Source: Massalongia carnosa
Lineage: Eukaryota
Length of the DNA: 64,000 nucleotides
Direction: 5' to 3'
NCBI GenBank assembly: GCA_965645245.1
Contig: OZ287069.1
Span: 1,054,001-1,118,000, forward strand
Shown: in pieces, positions 37,001 through 47,538 of the stretch
How positions within the stretch are numbered: the first letter of the stretch is position 1
How the letters are laid out: every line of letters begins with the position of its first letter
Notes under the pieces: generated by a model
What the model saw: the letters and a program-made list of their open reading frames with translations, nothing else
Databases searched by the model: none
Told to the model about the DNA's origin: nothing
Made by a program: the position numbers and the translations under genes

Positions 37001-39411
37001 TTCTCGGTCAAATCTACCAGGACGGCGAAGAGCAGGGTCGATTGAGTCGGGTCGATTTGTAGCCCCAATGACGATGACTTGACCACGGCCATCCATTCCA
37101 TCCATGAGAGCGAGCAGGGTGGAGACTATCGAGGCATGGATTTGCTCCTGCTTGCTTGATCGTACAGGTGCGAGTCCTAGACTCATTAGAAGGACATCAA
37201 ATGACAGAGGAGTCAGTACGCACCATCGATCTCATCGAAAAATATTATGCTTGGCTGAGTCTTTCGAGCTTCATCGAATAAAAGTCTAAGCTGACGTTCC
37301 GCCTCACCGACCCATTTGCTCAAAGCGTCTGCTCCTTTTCGCATATAGAATGTTACCTTACGCCCTTGAGCGCTGACACTAGATGCTAAAGCTCGAGCAA
37401 GCAACGTTTTACCCGTGCCAGGTGGTCCATGGAACAACACCCCTCGAGGGGGAGTGACATGGAACCGCTGGAAGACCTCGGGGTATAGTAACGGAAGAGC
37501 TACCATTTCTTTCAGCTGGTCAATGTGACCTTGAAGGCCGCCGACGCTGTCAAAATTGACGTTCTGATCAACGCCGAGCGGATCGGCGTCCGCCAGCAAA
37601 TGCTTATCCTTGACTTTGCCAAGGTTTGCAGGCATCGCTGAAGCCCCTTGTAGCGGATCTGCACCATGGACCTGGCCTGCAGGAGGAGGGAAAAGACCAA
37701 AACCTGGGGGACCACTTGCCGTTGGGGTCATCCCAAAAGCACCACCTATCCCAGGAACACGCGGCCGCTGGGCAGCTGCATCATCATCACTGCTGTCGGA
37801 ATCGGCACCAGCCGCAGCACCAAGGCCACCAGGACCACCAAAGACAGGAGTTGGACCGCCTGCCCCACCAAAAGGTCCGTAGGTGGAGAAAAGGCTTCTT
37901 TGCCAAGCGCCACCGGCACCACCGCGCGCCCGGCGAGAAGGAGTGGTTGCTGAAGGTGACCCGTCATCGTCCAGTGGAAGAGCAAGGTCCGGTCGTAGGA
38001 TCCGGTAGTCGACTGCCTTTCGTTTTCTTTTCGGCTTGTCATCAAAGATTATTTCTGATCTCGTAGGTCGGCGAGGGCGACTTCCCTGGAGATCTTCCAG
38101 TTCCTCCGCCAGCTCTTCGGCAACCTCGCTGTCATGCTCATCTGATGCTGGACCCCGTTGACTCCTAGATTTACCTTTGCCGGCTTGAGCACCTCGGGTG
38201 CCAGGACTGTTGTTGTCCTCGTCAATCTGCTGGCTAGCCTTACGAGGTGAGCTTGTCGAATCTTCGGAATCCGAAATGTCTTCTTCCCCACCCTCATCAA
38301 ATCCAGGTTCGAAATCGCTGCTTTCTTCCCGGGCGCCTTTCTGGGAGCTTCGAGCTTTACAGGTCTGACGTGCGGACCGAATGGCTTCCCGGGCTGATAG
38401 ACCGCCGTTTCGACCAGGTACATCATCCACATTTTTTTCCGAAGGCGTTTTTTCGCTTTGCCTTGTAGCCCGTCGAGGTTTGCTGACTTCCTCTTCGTCA
38501 TCATCTTCTTCACCTGGCTCATCCTCGGCAGACTCCGGGATTTCTTCCAGCGGCGCATCTTCGAGAATTTCAGTATCAACTTGCGTAGCCATTTGCGTGT
38601 CTGTCTTGATAGCAGGTTGCGCATCGTGAGGTTCGTCCTCGTCCTCGTCATCCCGGCTAGCTGCAACCTCCGTCGGTTGTTGCTCTTTCGTTCCAACCGG
38701 GCTCTCTTCGTCTTGTTCAAAGACTGCACTTGTTGATGGCTTTTTGAGGCCTTTGCTCCCTCTCTTTGGCCGTGGGACATCCACTTCTGGGCTTCGTGTG
38801 CCTTGATGCACCGGCACCGCATGGCGACCGGAATCTGTCAGTTTCAGAATCGTTTCGGAATCGTCGTGGGCGATGCGACTGCTTCGTCGCGGTTCAGAAA
38901 CATGGACCTCCGAAGAAGCTCTGAGGCCAGTCCCCACGCTACCGCTACGCGCTCTCACGCTTCGTCTTGTGGGAGCGGGATTCGGCTGGGTTGTCCCCAC
39001 GTTGAGTTTCAGCACAAGTGACTTGGTCTTTCCCTTCTTCTTTGGCGTTGCAATTTTCTGGGTTGTCGAGTCCGGTGGGTCTTCAATTGAATTCTCAGTC
39101 TCGGAGTCTTGATACACCGGACGCTGCTTGGTGGCTTTGCGCTTCGGCCGTCCAGTCCGCGCATCGAGCTCAGGTTCCTCCTCGTCTAGTTTCCTATCAA
39201 AGGAAGCTTCGCTGATATCACTGTCATCGCTTATCTCCTCCGATCCGTCGTCATCATACATCCTGCGTTGCCTTTTACGGGACGGTTTGCCCTGCTGGCT
39301 TCGGGAAGGTTTGGCTCTCGCAGTCCTGGAGGCAGCTCCATAAGTCGAATCGCCGGAATCGGACTTGAGAGGATCGAATTCCTCCGCTTTACGCTTGGGT
39401 CTGCTAGGCAT
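34048..39411 (-). CDS. YTA7: AAA+ ATPase histone chaperone Yta7/Abo1/ATAD2, multi-exon
   Basis: Acidic N-terminus; 'GPPGTGKT', 'IIFFDEID', '[22 protein letters not shown]'; second AAA 'GMGQQYLA'; bromodomain-like 'IEKRLSNGYY'; C-terminal 'SGCGVEQLEQI'. Confidence 0.94.
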
Positions 39412-40989
39412 GATGTTGGGTTGGTACGAGAGCAAGGTTTGAGCCTTCCGGTGTAGTCTGTTCTTAGTCAGAAGGATTTATGGGGAACGTAGAAAGATCG
39501 AGAGAATTCACTTACGGGTGGGAATTAAAAGGAAGAGGCCCTTGATTGCGTCGCACGCATAGTTTCCGGGGGGAACAATACCATCCAAATTATCGGCTCT
39601 ACATACTCCGGCGATGAGATGACAGTTGAGGGTTGAAGGCGAGCTGAACCACTGCGACCGGTGTTTCTGCGATTCAAAGGATCGAAAATCGGGTGTGGTA
39701 GATGATGGAGTTCTGGGAGAAAAATAAGGCTCGTAGGCTAGAGGGTGATGGAGATGGAGATGGATGGATTCAATGGACGAGCGCTGGATCAACAAGTTGG
39801 GGCTTCTCCATTTGTTTTGCTCCTCGCTTAGCTCAAAGTAAGCTAGCTGGGGGGCTAAGCACTAGGCAGGCGTTTCGCATGGAAACCAAACCCTGAACCC
39901 ACAGTCTGGTCACCTGAGGCGCAATATCCTCAAATCTTTTCACTTCCGTCCCCAGTTTTCGAGCGCAACTCGCAGGAAGAGATGATGCGAAAGACGACGT
40001 GAGATGGTCAGATTCAGGCATGTCAACTCGTTGATACGCAATCTTTATCGTACTAATGATGAACCTCGACCTTTCTCGCTATTGATATCCTTCGAGTCAG
40101 CTCGACGGCATGTCTCCATATCCATAGATGCCATTGATGGCCTACCGCAGGTACGGGATGAGGCTTAAAAGCTTATCATGCTCATCGTCGTGGCGTTGTG
40201 TGGGGGGATCCCGCCGTCTACAGTCACGTGATATTTCATTCCTTTGGTTTTAGGTTAGAATCTTCTGCCAACCCCTCAACATCGTTGACGTCTTCACTTC
40301 ATGTGTTTATTTATGTCCACTTACGTACCAAGGTCAAGGACATTTTGAATTTCTCGCAGCTCGAAGAAAAGAAGCAGCCTTCACCATGTTTCAGGGACTG
40401 ATTCGCCGGTCTTAGATAAGGGTATACGTGGTTGTTTTGTTTTGACTCCGAGTTTCCAAGTTTCTCCGATTGATCTCGCTTCGTTTCAGCGTTATCAAAA
40501 ACGTAGAAGTGCTCGTCGGCACCGATCAATTAAAACGTCAATTCAGCGGCCAAGCCTTTGATCACATTCAGCAAAACCTCATACCTGGAGTTATCCATAA
40601 CGCTTTCATTTCTCGACAGCGAACGTAGATATGGATCTTAATCTGAAGATGCAGTGGCTGGCCCTTAGCAGTGTCAAAGCCATCGATTGGACAGGCTAGC
40701 CTTGCCAACTGGGTCTTACCTTGACCTGAGGGTAGTGACATGCTGCAACCCTCCATGAGGCCAAAAGGACCCTACTCGTAGTGTCACCCCCATGTGCAAC
40801 ACGCTAATACCACGGCAAAACGACTCCAATAACACTCGAGGATTGGGGAATACGACTCTTTTAGCTATCTACTTACTGATTAGCGATGGGGGTACTCTAG
40901 AGGATTTGATTGCTCGGACCATTCACTGTAATCCTCTAGTCTTCAAACCATGACTAGATCCGGCATAGTTGGGACCAAGTATTGCCAAG

Positions 40990-42292
40990 CACGCGGGGAC
41001 CAAAAAAGTTGCGACACCAAAATTTTCACCCCACCAAACTCCTATCAAAACATCGATTTATTTACATCAGAAACTGCTACTAATGACCTGTCATTCTTCC
41101 ATCACCGTCTAAAACGTCCTCCAGTCGTTGGGGCATACTTAATACCAAAGTATTAATGAATTCCTGAGAAACATGATCCCTCCAGCCCGTTTGAATGGCC
41201 TCAATCGTACTCTTATCATCCCAATGATCTGATTTTGACAGCCATTGTTTTACTGGCTGCCAGCAGTTCTCAATGACGGAAAAATCGGGAGATTTAGGAG
41301 CATTCAAGTAGTACTTTAGCCCATGTTCTTCCTTCCATTTTCGAACAATGTTGTTGTTGTTTGCAGAACCGTGACCAGAATCACCATCTTCTTCCAAAAC
41401 AAATCGTTCACCGACCTCGAGACATGGCTTAATAACAGGCTCCAAAATAGAGTCAATATAGACTCGTTGACTCATTTTCCCATTGTTATTTCCTGGAACC
41501 TCGTAAAAGTACAAATCGGACTTGTAATTCCACCCGACCTTAGCCCAACAATGATAACGTTTTTGCACTGATTCTGGGGTTTCTTTCCCTTCCTGCATAC
41601 AATCAAAGCAGTATCTTTCACCCGGACGACGTATGATTGGTAATTGGCGTTGAGGTCCCTGTCCAAAATGCACTTCATCACTGAAGCGTACCAGCTTGCA
41701 GTCCTCAAGAGTGTACGTGCATTTCATTTCTCTGGCAAATGTACGTCGTTTGGCACGTATATTCGGAGACAGCCATGTTCTCGTGCATGCTAAACACTTG
41801 TGATACTCCAAGTCCTGCATAGCTCTTCGAACGGTATGCCAATGTACGTGATTTGCCCCTATGAGACCCACTTCCGCAGCTAATTCATGCCACGTTTTAG
41901 CTCGTGCTTGTATGCCTCCATTTTCTATGATCTCCTGCATCTTTTGAATGTACTCAGCTGCTATGAGTTTCTTTCTTCCTCGCGTTTCCTGCCTGTTTGA
42001 ATTGTTATGAAGACGTCGAGAAGAATCATCTTTGAGCATTGCCCATCCCCTGCTCCGTTCCACTCCAAAATGACGAAAAACGTCGCTTTTGAAATAGGAT
42101 ATGCCGTGCGCGTTGTTAAATTCGCACAAAGCTTGTACTTTGGCTTTAGTAGGTGTAGAGTACTCATGTTGAAAATCATGAGACTCTAACTGAGGTGTTT
42201 GTTGACGTTGCAAGATGATTGAATTGTTTGATGATAAATGAGTTTTGGTGGAGTGAAAATTTTGGTGTCGCAACTTTTTTGGTCCCCGCGTG
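40990..42292 (-). mobile_element. Tc1/mariner-fold (DD38E) DNA transposon, element B, uninterrupted ORF
   Basis: 49-bp TIR with one mismatch, CACGCGGGGACCAAAAAAGTTGCGACACCAAAATTTTCAC(C/T)CCACCAAA (40990-41038 / 42244-42292); open transposase frame to 41080 'RFSDEVHFG...EEDGDSGH...SPDFSVIENCW'; direct repeat CCAAG at 40985-40989 and 42293-42297. Confidence 0.95.
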
Positions 42293-42469
42293 CCAAGCTA
42301 AACGGCGTATGTACTTCGTACATAGCGTATTTATTGACCAAGCTTAGACTGAGATTGTCATGTATCTCCCTCGCGCCTATGAAAATCACCCACTTCCCAC
42401 GAACCCACACTCGTGTCGCCCAGAAAGTGCTCCGGGTTTTATTTTTAGTCTATATAAACCAACCCGAAG

Positions 42470-42772
42470 AAAAAAAAACCGAGTAATTCTGAGATACACG
42501 AGCACACAAAAGAGCTGATGAAAAGAGTGGGGAACAGGCACCCTCAGTGAAAGATCCGCCCAGCGTGGTCTTTAGATAGACAACAGCCTTTCAGATATAT
42601 AGCATCTGAAATCAAACGTGAAATACATACCGAGAGACATTTCCACGAATTGAGAAACCATCAAATGATCGTGGTAGACATATGCTAGAATATGTAAACT
42701 CAAAAGGCCCCAAGTCAAACGGCGTCGAAACCACCCTCGAATCAAAACACGTTCCAATCGAGCCAGACGCCA
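42470..42772 (-). ncRNA. Candidate Pol III structured ncRNA with tRNA-like leader
   Basis: A-box-like TGGCTCGATTGG, B-box-like GGTTTCGACGCC, several hairpins and a T9 run. No family recognised. Confidence 0.3.
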
Positions 42773-42884
42773 ACAAGTACATACATAATGCCAAATACCC
42801 CACCCTCATCCCACCCCCACCTCCCCCCCTCCCTCCCAACTTCCCTCCCTCCCAACTTCTCCCCTCCCCAAACGACCCAAAACA

Positions 42885-43955
42885 ATGGCTCCCCAAACAC
42901 CTCCAGCAACAACAGCAACCACAACCACAACCGCCAGACCCCCACTCCCACTCACCTCCCCTACCCCCTCTGTTTCCGCCCCCCCACCTCCCCTCTCCCA
43001 CACGCCCCCGCTCCTGGTCAAAAAGCTTTCCCCCGACGCCAGGGCCCCGACGCGGGGGAGCGCCTTCGCCGCCGGATATGACTTGTACAGCGCGCGGGAG
43101 GCGGTGATTGCGGCGAGGGGGAAGGGCATGGTGGAGACGGATTTGGCGATTGCGGTGCCGGAAGGGACTTGTGCGTTTCGTTCCAGTTTCCTTGTTTTCC
43201 CCAATTCACTCCGTTCCGTCCCCCTTCCACACATCTACACAGCAGGAGGGTTCGTCAGGAAAAAGCAAAAGCCGTGCCCCAGCTCAAGGCGAATGAATAA
43301 CCTCCCCCCCCCCCCCCAAAACCCCCAAGGCGTTCAAATTAAAAAAAGGGCGAAAACGTCCGCTAGGGGGCAGATCTTTTGTCCCCATAACGAACGAATT
43401 CCCCCCCCCCAGCCAGCTAGCTAGTCAATCCATCAAGCTAACTTCCCCCCTCCCCTCTCTCTCTGAACCCCTAGACGGCCGCATCGCCCCCCGCAGCGGG
43501 CTCGCGGTCAAGAATTTCATCGACACAGGCGCGGGGGTCATCGACGCCGACTACAGAGGCCCAGTCAAGGTCCTGCTGTTCAACCACTCGGAGGTGGATT
43601 TTCACGGTACGAAGTCTCCGTTGTTCGATATCAACTTCCCCCTGCCCTAGGCAAAACAAGATAAAAACCCCCTCGCTAATACACTCCGCCCCTCCTTTGC
43701 CTATAGTTCAACCAGGCGATCGTATAGCGCAACTCGTTCTCGAGCGTGTAAGCGTTGCCGCCCCTCTCCCTTTCTACGAAATGTACACTACGCACCAGAC
43801 GGAAAAATCGGGACAAAACGAAGAAGAAGAAAAAAGGAAAAGGAGAAAGGTGCTAATTGGTCCGCGAGGAACAGATCTATACGCCGGAGGTGCTGGTAGT
43901 GGAGGAGCTGGAGGCTAGTGTTAGGGGCGCCGGGGGGTTTGGGAGTACGGGGTAG
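42885..43955 (+). CDS. DUT1: dUTP pyrophosphatase, 4 exons
   Basis: '[13 protein letters not shown]', '[10 protein letters not shown]', '[11 protein letters not shown]', '[11 protein letters not shown]', '[10 protein letters not shown]'. Confidence 0.95.
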
Positions 43956-44208
43956 GTGTTTGCCGTGAGGAAGGGGTTGGTTGATATTTGGTTGCTGTTG
44001 GTTTGTTGAGAAGTGGAGGGGGGGGGAAAGGAAGAGTGATTGAGTTTACACGACAGATAAACGGCCTTCATACGTTTTCATCCATAAATTACCAGCGGGG
44101 GGGTTTTTAGGTGGTGGAGTAGGGGTTTTGTCTAACAAGGGAGATTGATGCTGTGCTCGCTTTTTCTCTATCCGATTAAACCTCTCTAGAACCAATTTCC
44201 TATCCATC

Positions 44209-45654
44209 CTACTTACTCTTCTCCTTCCCATCACACCCAACCTCCGCTCCATTTCCCAACGCCTCCGCTCTCCAAACCTTGCCCGGCTCCCTCAAATCCC
44301 CCAGGTTCCTAACCACCCGCACTTCCGCCGCCTTCATCCTCCTCAACCGGTCCCCCGTCCCACCCCCCCCCCGCCCGTCCTCTAAGTCGGCATCGTGCGC
44401 CGCCTTCGTTTTCAGTAACACTGCTTGCATACTCCCCATGACCAGCTCGACTGCCTTCGCCAGCGGTAAATCCACGGCAGCGACCTCATCGGGCGACATC
44501 CACGCTGCGGTAGCGCCGAGACCCAGCGCGACGGTCGCCTCGCGGAAGCGCACGACGGTGAGGGCGGCGAACATGTCGCCAGTCCCGCTGAAGAAGCAGT
44601 CGATAGCTGGGACGTCGATTTTGAAGAGGCGCGGGGAGCCATCGGCGCGGGCGGTGGAGCCAACGACGGAGGTAGTGGTTCCGGATGTGGAGCTGAAGGG
44701 GGAGACGGAGGTTATGATGATGTGTGGGATGCGGTAGATTTGGTGCAGGGTGGCGATGGCGGCAGTTAGAGAGGCAACGGAGGTGATTTTGATGGAGGAG
44801 AGAAGTCTAGATTTTCAGGGGTTAGGCTTGTGGGTAGGTGGCTTTATGTGTGGGATTAGGTAGGTGATGAGGTGAAAAGGGGGGTTTTACTCGGCTTCGA
44901 ATTGATTGGGGAGGATCATATCCGCGTCCCGGAGGAGGTTCTTGTATACTGGGACGACATCCTCATTGACGTAAAGCCGTCCATTGTCACCCATTACGGG
45001 ATCCAGCACTATCATAATCAGTCTTCAGTCCTCAGAACTTTGCAGTTTTCCCTCCCAATGCGGGTTATCCTCACCCCAGAAGAAGGACCCCGGCTTCGCC
45101 AACGCCTTCCGCCTCAGGTCTCGGGCTATCGATCCAATTGCTCTAAGAACCTCAGCGTTGAACGCGTATCCCGAGAGGAGCACATCAAAAGCTACGAGAT
45201 CGTTTTGCTGCAGCCCTTCGTAAATTTCGTGGATTTCCTGGGCGGTTGCCTTAGTGCCTTTGTACTGGCCATAGGCGGTGTGATTACCTAGCGTTTTCCT
45301 AATCAGACAATGAGATTCTGTTTGAGGTCGTCACAACAATGAAAGCGCTCCTGTGGACTAGGAGGTGGGGTAAGAGTCGTACTGAATTGCACCGTATTCA
45401 AGGCGGCTACCTCGCAACCCAGGGCTTGCATGACGAAGACGGCCATGGTATTTCCAACATATCTACGCCGCGTTAGAATCAACCGGGCTGATCTAAATGT
45501 GGCTATGGGTGGTATGCCGCCGTTTAACTCACCCATGGACGACCTTGAAGACATGTCAGCTATCGGTATCATTGACACGACACTGTGGTTGCGTTCCTAC
45601 ATGGCTGGCAATAGCTAATACCCTTGTGTCAGGCACCAATGGATTTAAAGACAT
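44209..45654 (-). CDS. BUD16: Pyridoxal kinase, multi-exon
   Basis: 'RVLAIASH|VVHG|YVGN', 'ALNTVQFS', 'WVLDPVMGD', 'PNQFEAE', 'FSGTGDMFAAL'. Confidence 0.9.
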
Positions 45655-45979
45655 TTCTTTTCAATATCGTGGCAAGGTAAGAAACACTTAAGAAAGAAAG
45701 GATGAGTGTAAGTTAGGTAGCGTAGCGTCACGATGGAACGTTATGAGTTATGATTTTCCTTATCGAAGTCGCTAATTTCTAATCGCAACGTGACGTTGAT
45801 AGAAAAAGGTGCTCATCTGAAGACACCTCGATGTATCAACTCAACCCAAGTTGCACATTCTTAACATTCCGCTTCATGAACGCTGCTTGAGATAGTCTTC
45901 ATCATAAAAACGTGTCTCTATCATGCTCACATAATGCTCTTCCAGCACCGCTTACATTTCCTTTTCGGCATTATGTCGA

Positions 45980-46974
45980 CTATTCATCATCCCCAATCTA
46001 TGCTTAGGCGTGAGCAGGCTGCCTGAAAAAATTGGATTAAAGAGTGCACACCTTGGGTGCGAGATAGAATCTCAAGTAACTATTAGATGCTAGCGCGTAC
46101 TCTACCAACAGAGGTACTTCGTTGGATAAGCATAATTTGACCGTACTAGAGAGACCACTGGCTTTGCAGAAGTTGACGAGGTATTTGAGAGAAAAGGTCA
46201 ATGCAACAGGTTCGGAGAGACTGATCTCAACGTTCTGCTCAGGCTTGTCCACATTAGTGTGGCTCCGAAGGGTGACTGCTCCATTCCCGATGTCCCCTGT
46301 GCAGGAAAACTTGACGCCCTCTTTGGTGGCTTCTATCGAGACTGAAGCGTCATTAAGCATGATGTGCGCGAGGTGTGAAGATAGACATTGTACCTGATTC
46401 TGATAATGCAATTAAATCCCTGCAGATCCTCTGAAATTCTGCAGATGGCATAGAAATGGTCGCTGCATACTCCGTGTCCGGAATTCCCAGGTGCTCTTGG
46501 TCAATATCCATGAGCTTGATATCGTATTCGCTCAGTCTATCGCTCTCGCTGCTCTCAAACACCAAGTTCACAACGTCAGGCGCATCCTCCGCCTTCAAAG
46601 TAAGGATATCTTCATTCTGCGCGCAACGCAGCACCTTCATGAGCGAGCTTAGGTTGATCCCAAGAGCGATGTTGCGGTCGCAACGGAAAGGAGAAAAGGA
46701 TTCGGCTTTGAGCATCATGGAGACCAGAGCGACGTGGGAGTTGTCCATAGCTTGGAGGGCAATTCCGGAATCATTGCAATCAAAGTTGCAGTCTTGGACA
46801 AGATCTTTGATCGCATCAACAACCTAGTCTATATTCAGCATACACATGGAAGAGGACGATAAACTATGAATTAATTACCTTCTTCAGCAGGTTCGCCTGC
46901 TCGAGCCGTGCCTCTAACACTGTTCAAGATCAGAAAACCACGGCGCGCACTGTAGGGATATAGGTATACATGCT
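45980..46974 (-). CDS. POL30: Proliferating cell nuclear antigen, multi-exon
   Basis: '[13 protein letters not shown]', '[12 protein letters not shown]', '[13 protein letters not shown]', '[14 protein letters not shown]'. Confidence 0.97.
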
Positions 46975-47088
46975 GGCTAATATAATTCAATTCGTCTTCT
47001 GACTGTACTCAAGACGCAATCAGCAGGGAATGGTTCGGAGGGTGATTCTGGGTTAAGCTGTGACAGTGGTGGCAACTTAAAGGTCGAG

Positions 47089-47120
47089 TTCGCGTTCAAG
47101 GGCTCGCGACCGTACGCGCT
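47089..47120. promoter_or_regulatory. Cluster of MCB-like CGCG elements upstream of PCNA
   Basis: TTCGCGTT, CTCGCGAC and TACGCGCT within about 32 bp, 115-145 bp upstream of the start. Confidence 0.55.
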
Positions 47121-47538
47121 AAAATAAAGTGGTTTAAATCAGGTGACTAGGTGGCCTGATTACTGATGCGCCTTGCTCCTCAAAATTGGGTTAGCATTCG
47201 GATTATAAGGTTATGTCATATATGTCTAGAATTGCAATTGTATTCCATATAAACACCATTTTACATACCAACGGAACTAACAGATGCTTTCTTCTGTATA
47301 TACAGATTTTAATAAAAAGTACATCCCCATACTTCCCTCAATTTTTCTCTATATAAACCATCCTTGAGTCAAAAAAATCCAAACAACCCATAGTTTCACA
47401 AGGGGTATCAGCCATTCAATCATCATATCGATTCTCGGCTCCAGAAACCCAGATAATCCACCCTGACCCATGAGTTGCCAATTAAAATAACCTAAGAAAG
47501 CCGTTCGCCGTTGATAGAAGAACTCCAAAGAGAAGCCG

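Noticed and set aside
39451..39472. GTGTAGTCTGTTCTTAGTCAG resembles the U2 snRNA branch-binding region
   Set aside because: It lacks the U2 5' stem and Sm site; it is the reverse complement of a branch point/acceptor (CTGACTAAGAACAG) of an intron upstream of the YTA7 start.
32276..42292. Composite transposon carrying YTA7
   Set aside because: The two elements have different TIR interiors and their own separate target duplications, so they are independent insertions.
42515..42553. CTGATGA...GAAA, possible hammerhead ribozyme or C/D snoRNA
   Set aside because: No stem II or stem I/III pairing, and no recognisable rRNA guide before a D box.
42480..42705. RNase P/MRP RNA assignment for the candidate ncRNA
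   Set aside because: CR-I-like GGAAATGTCTC and CR-V-like CTCAGAATTACTC do not form the canonical P4 with a bulged U, and no CR-IV is present.
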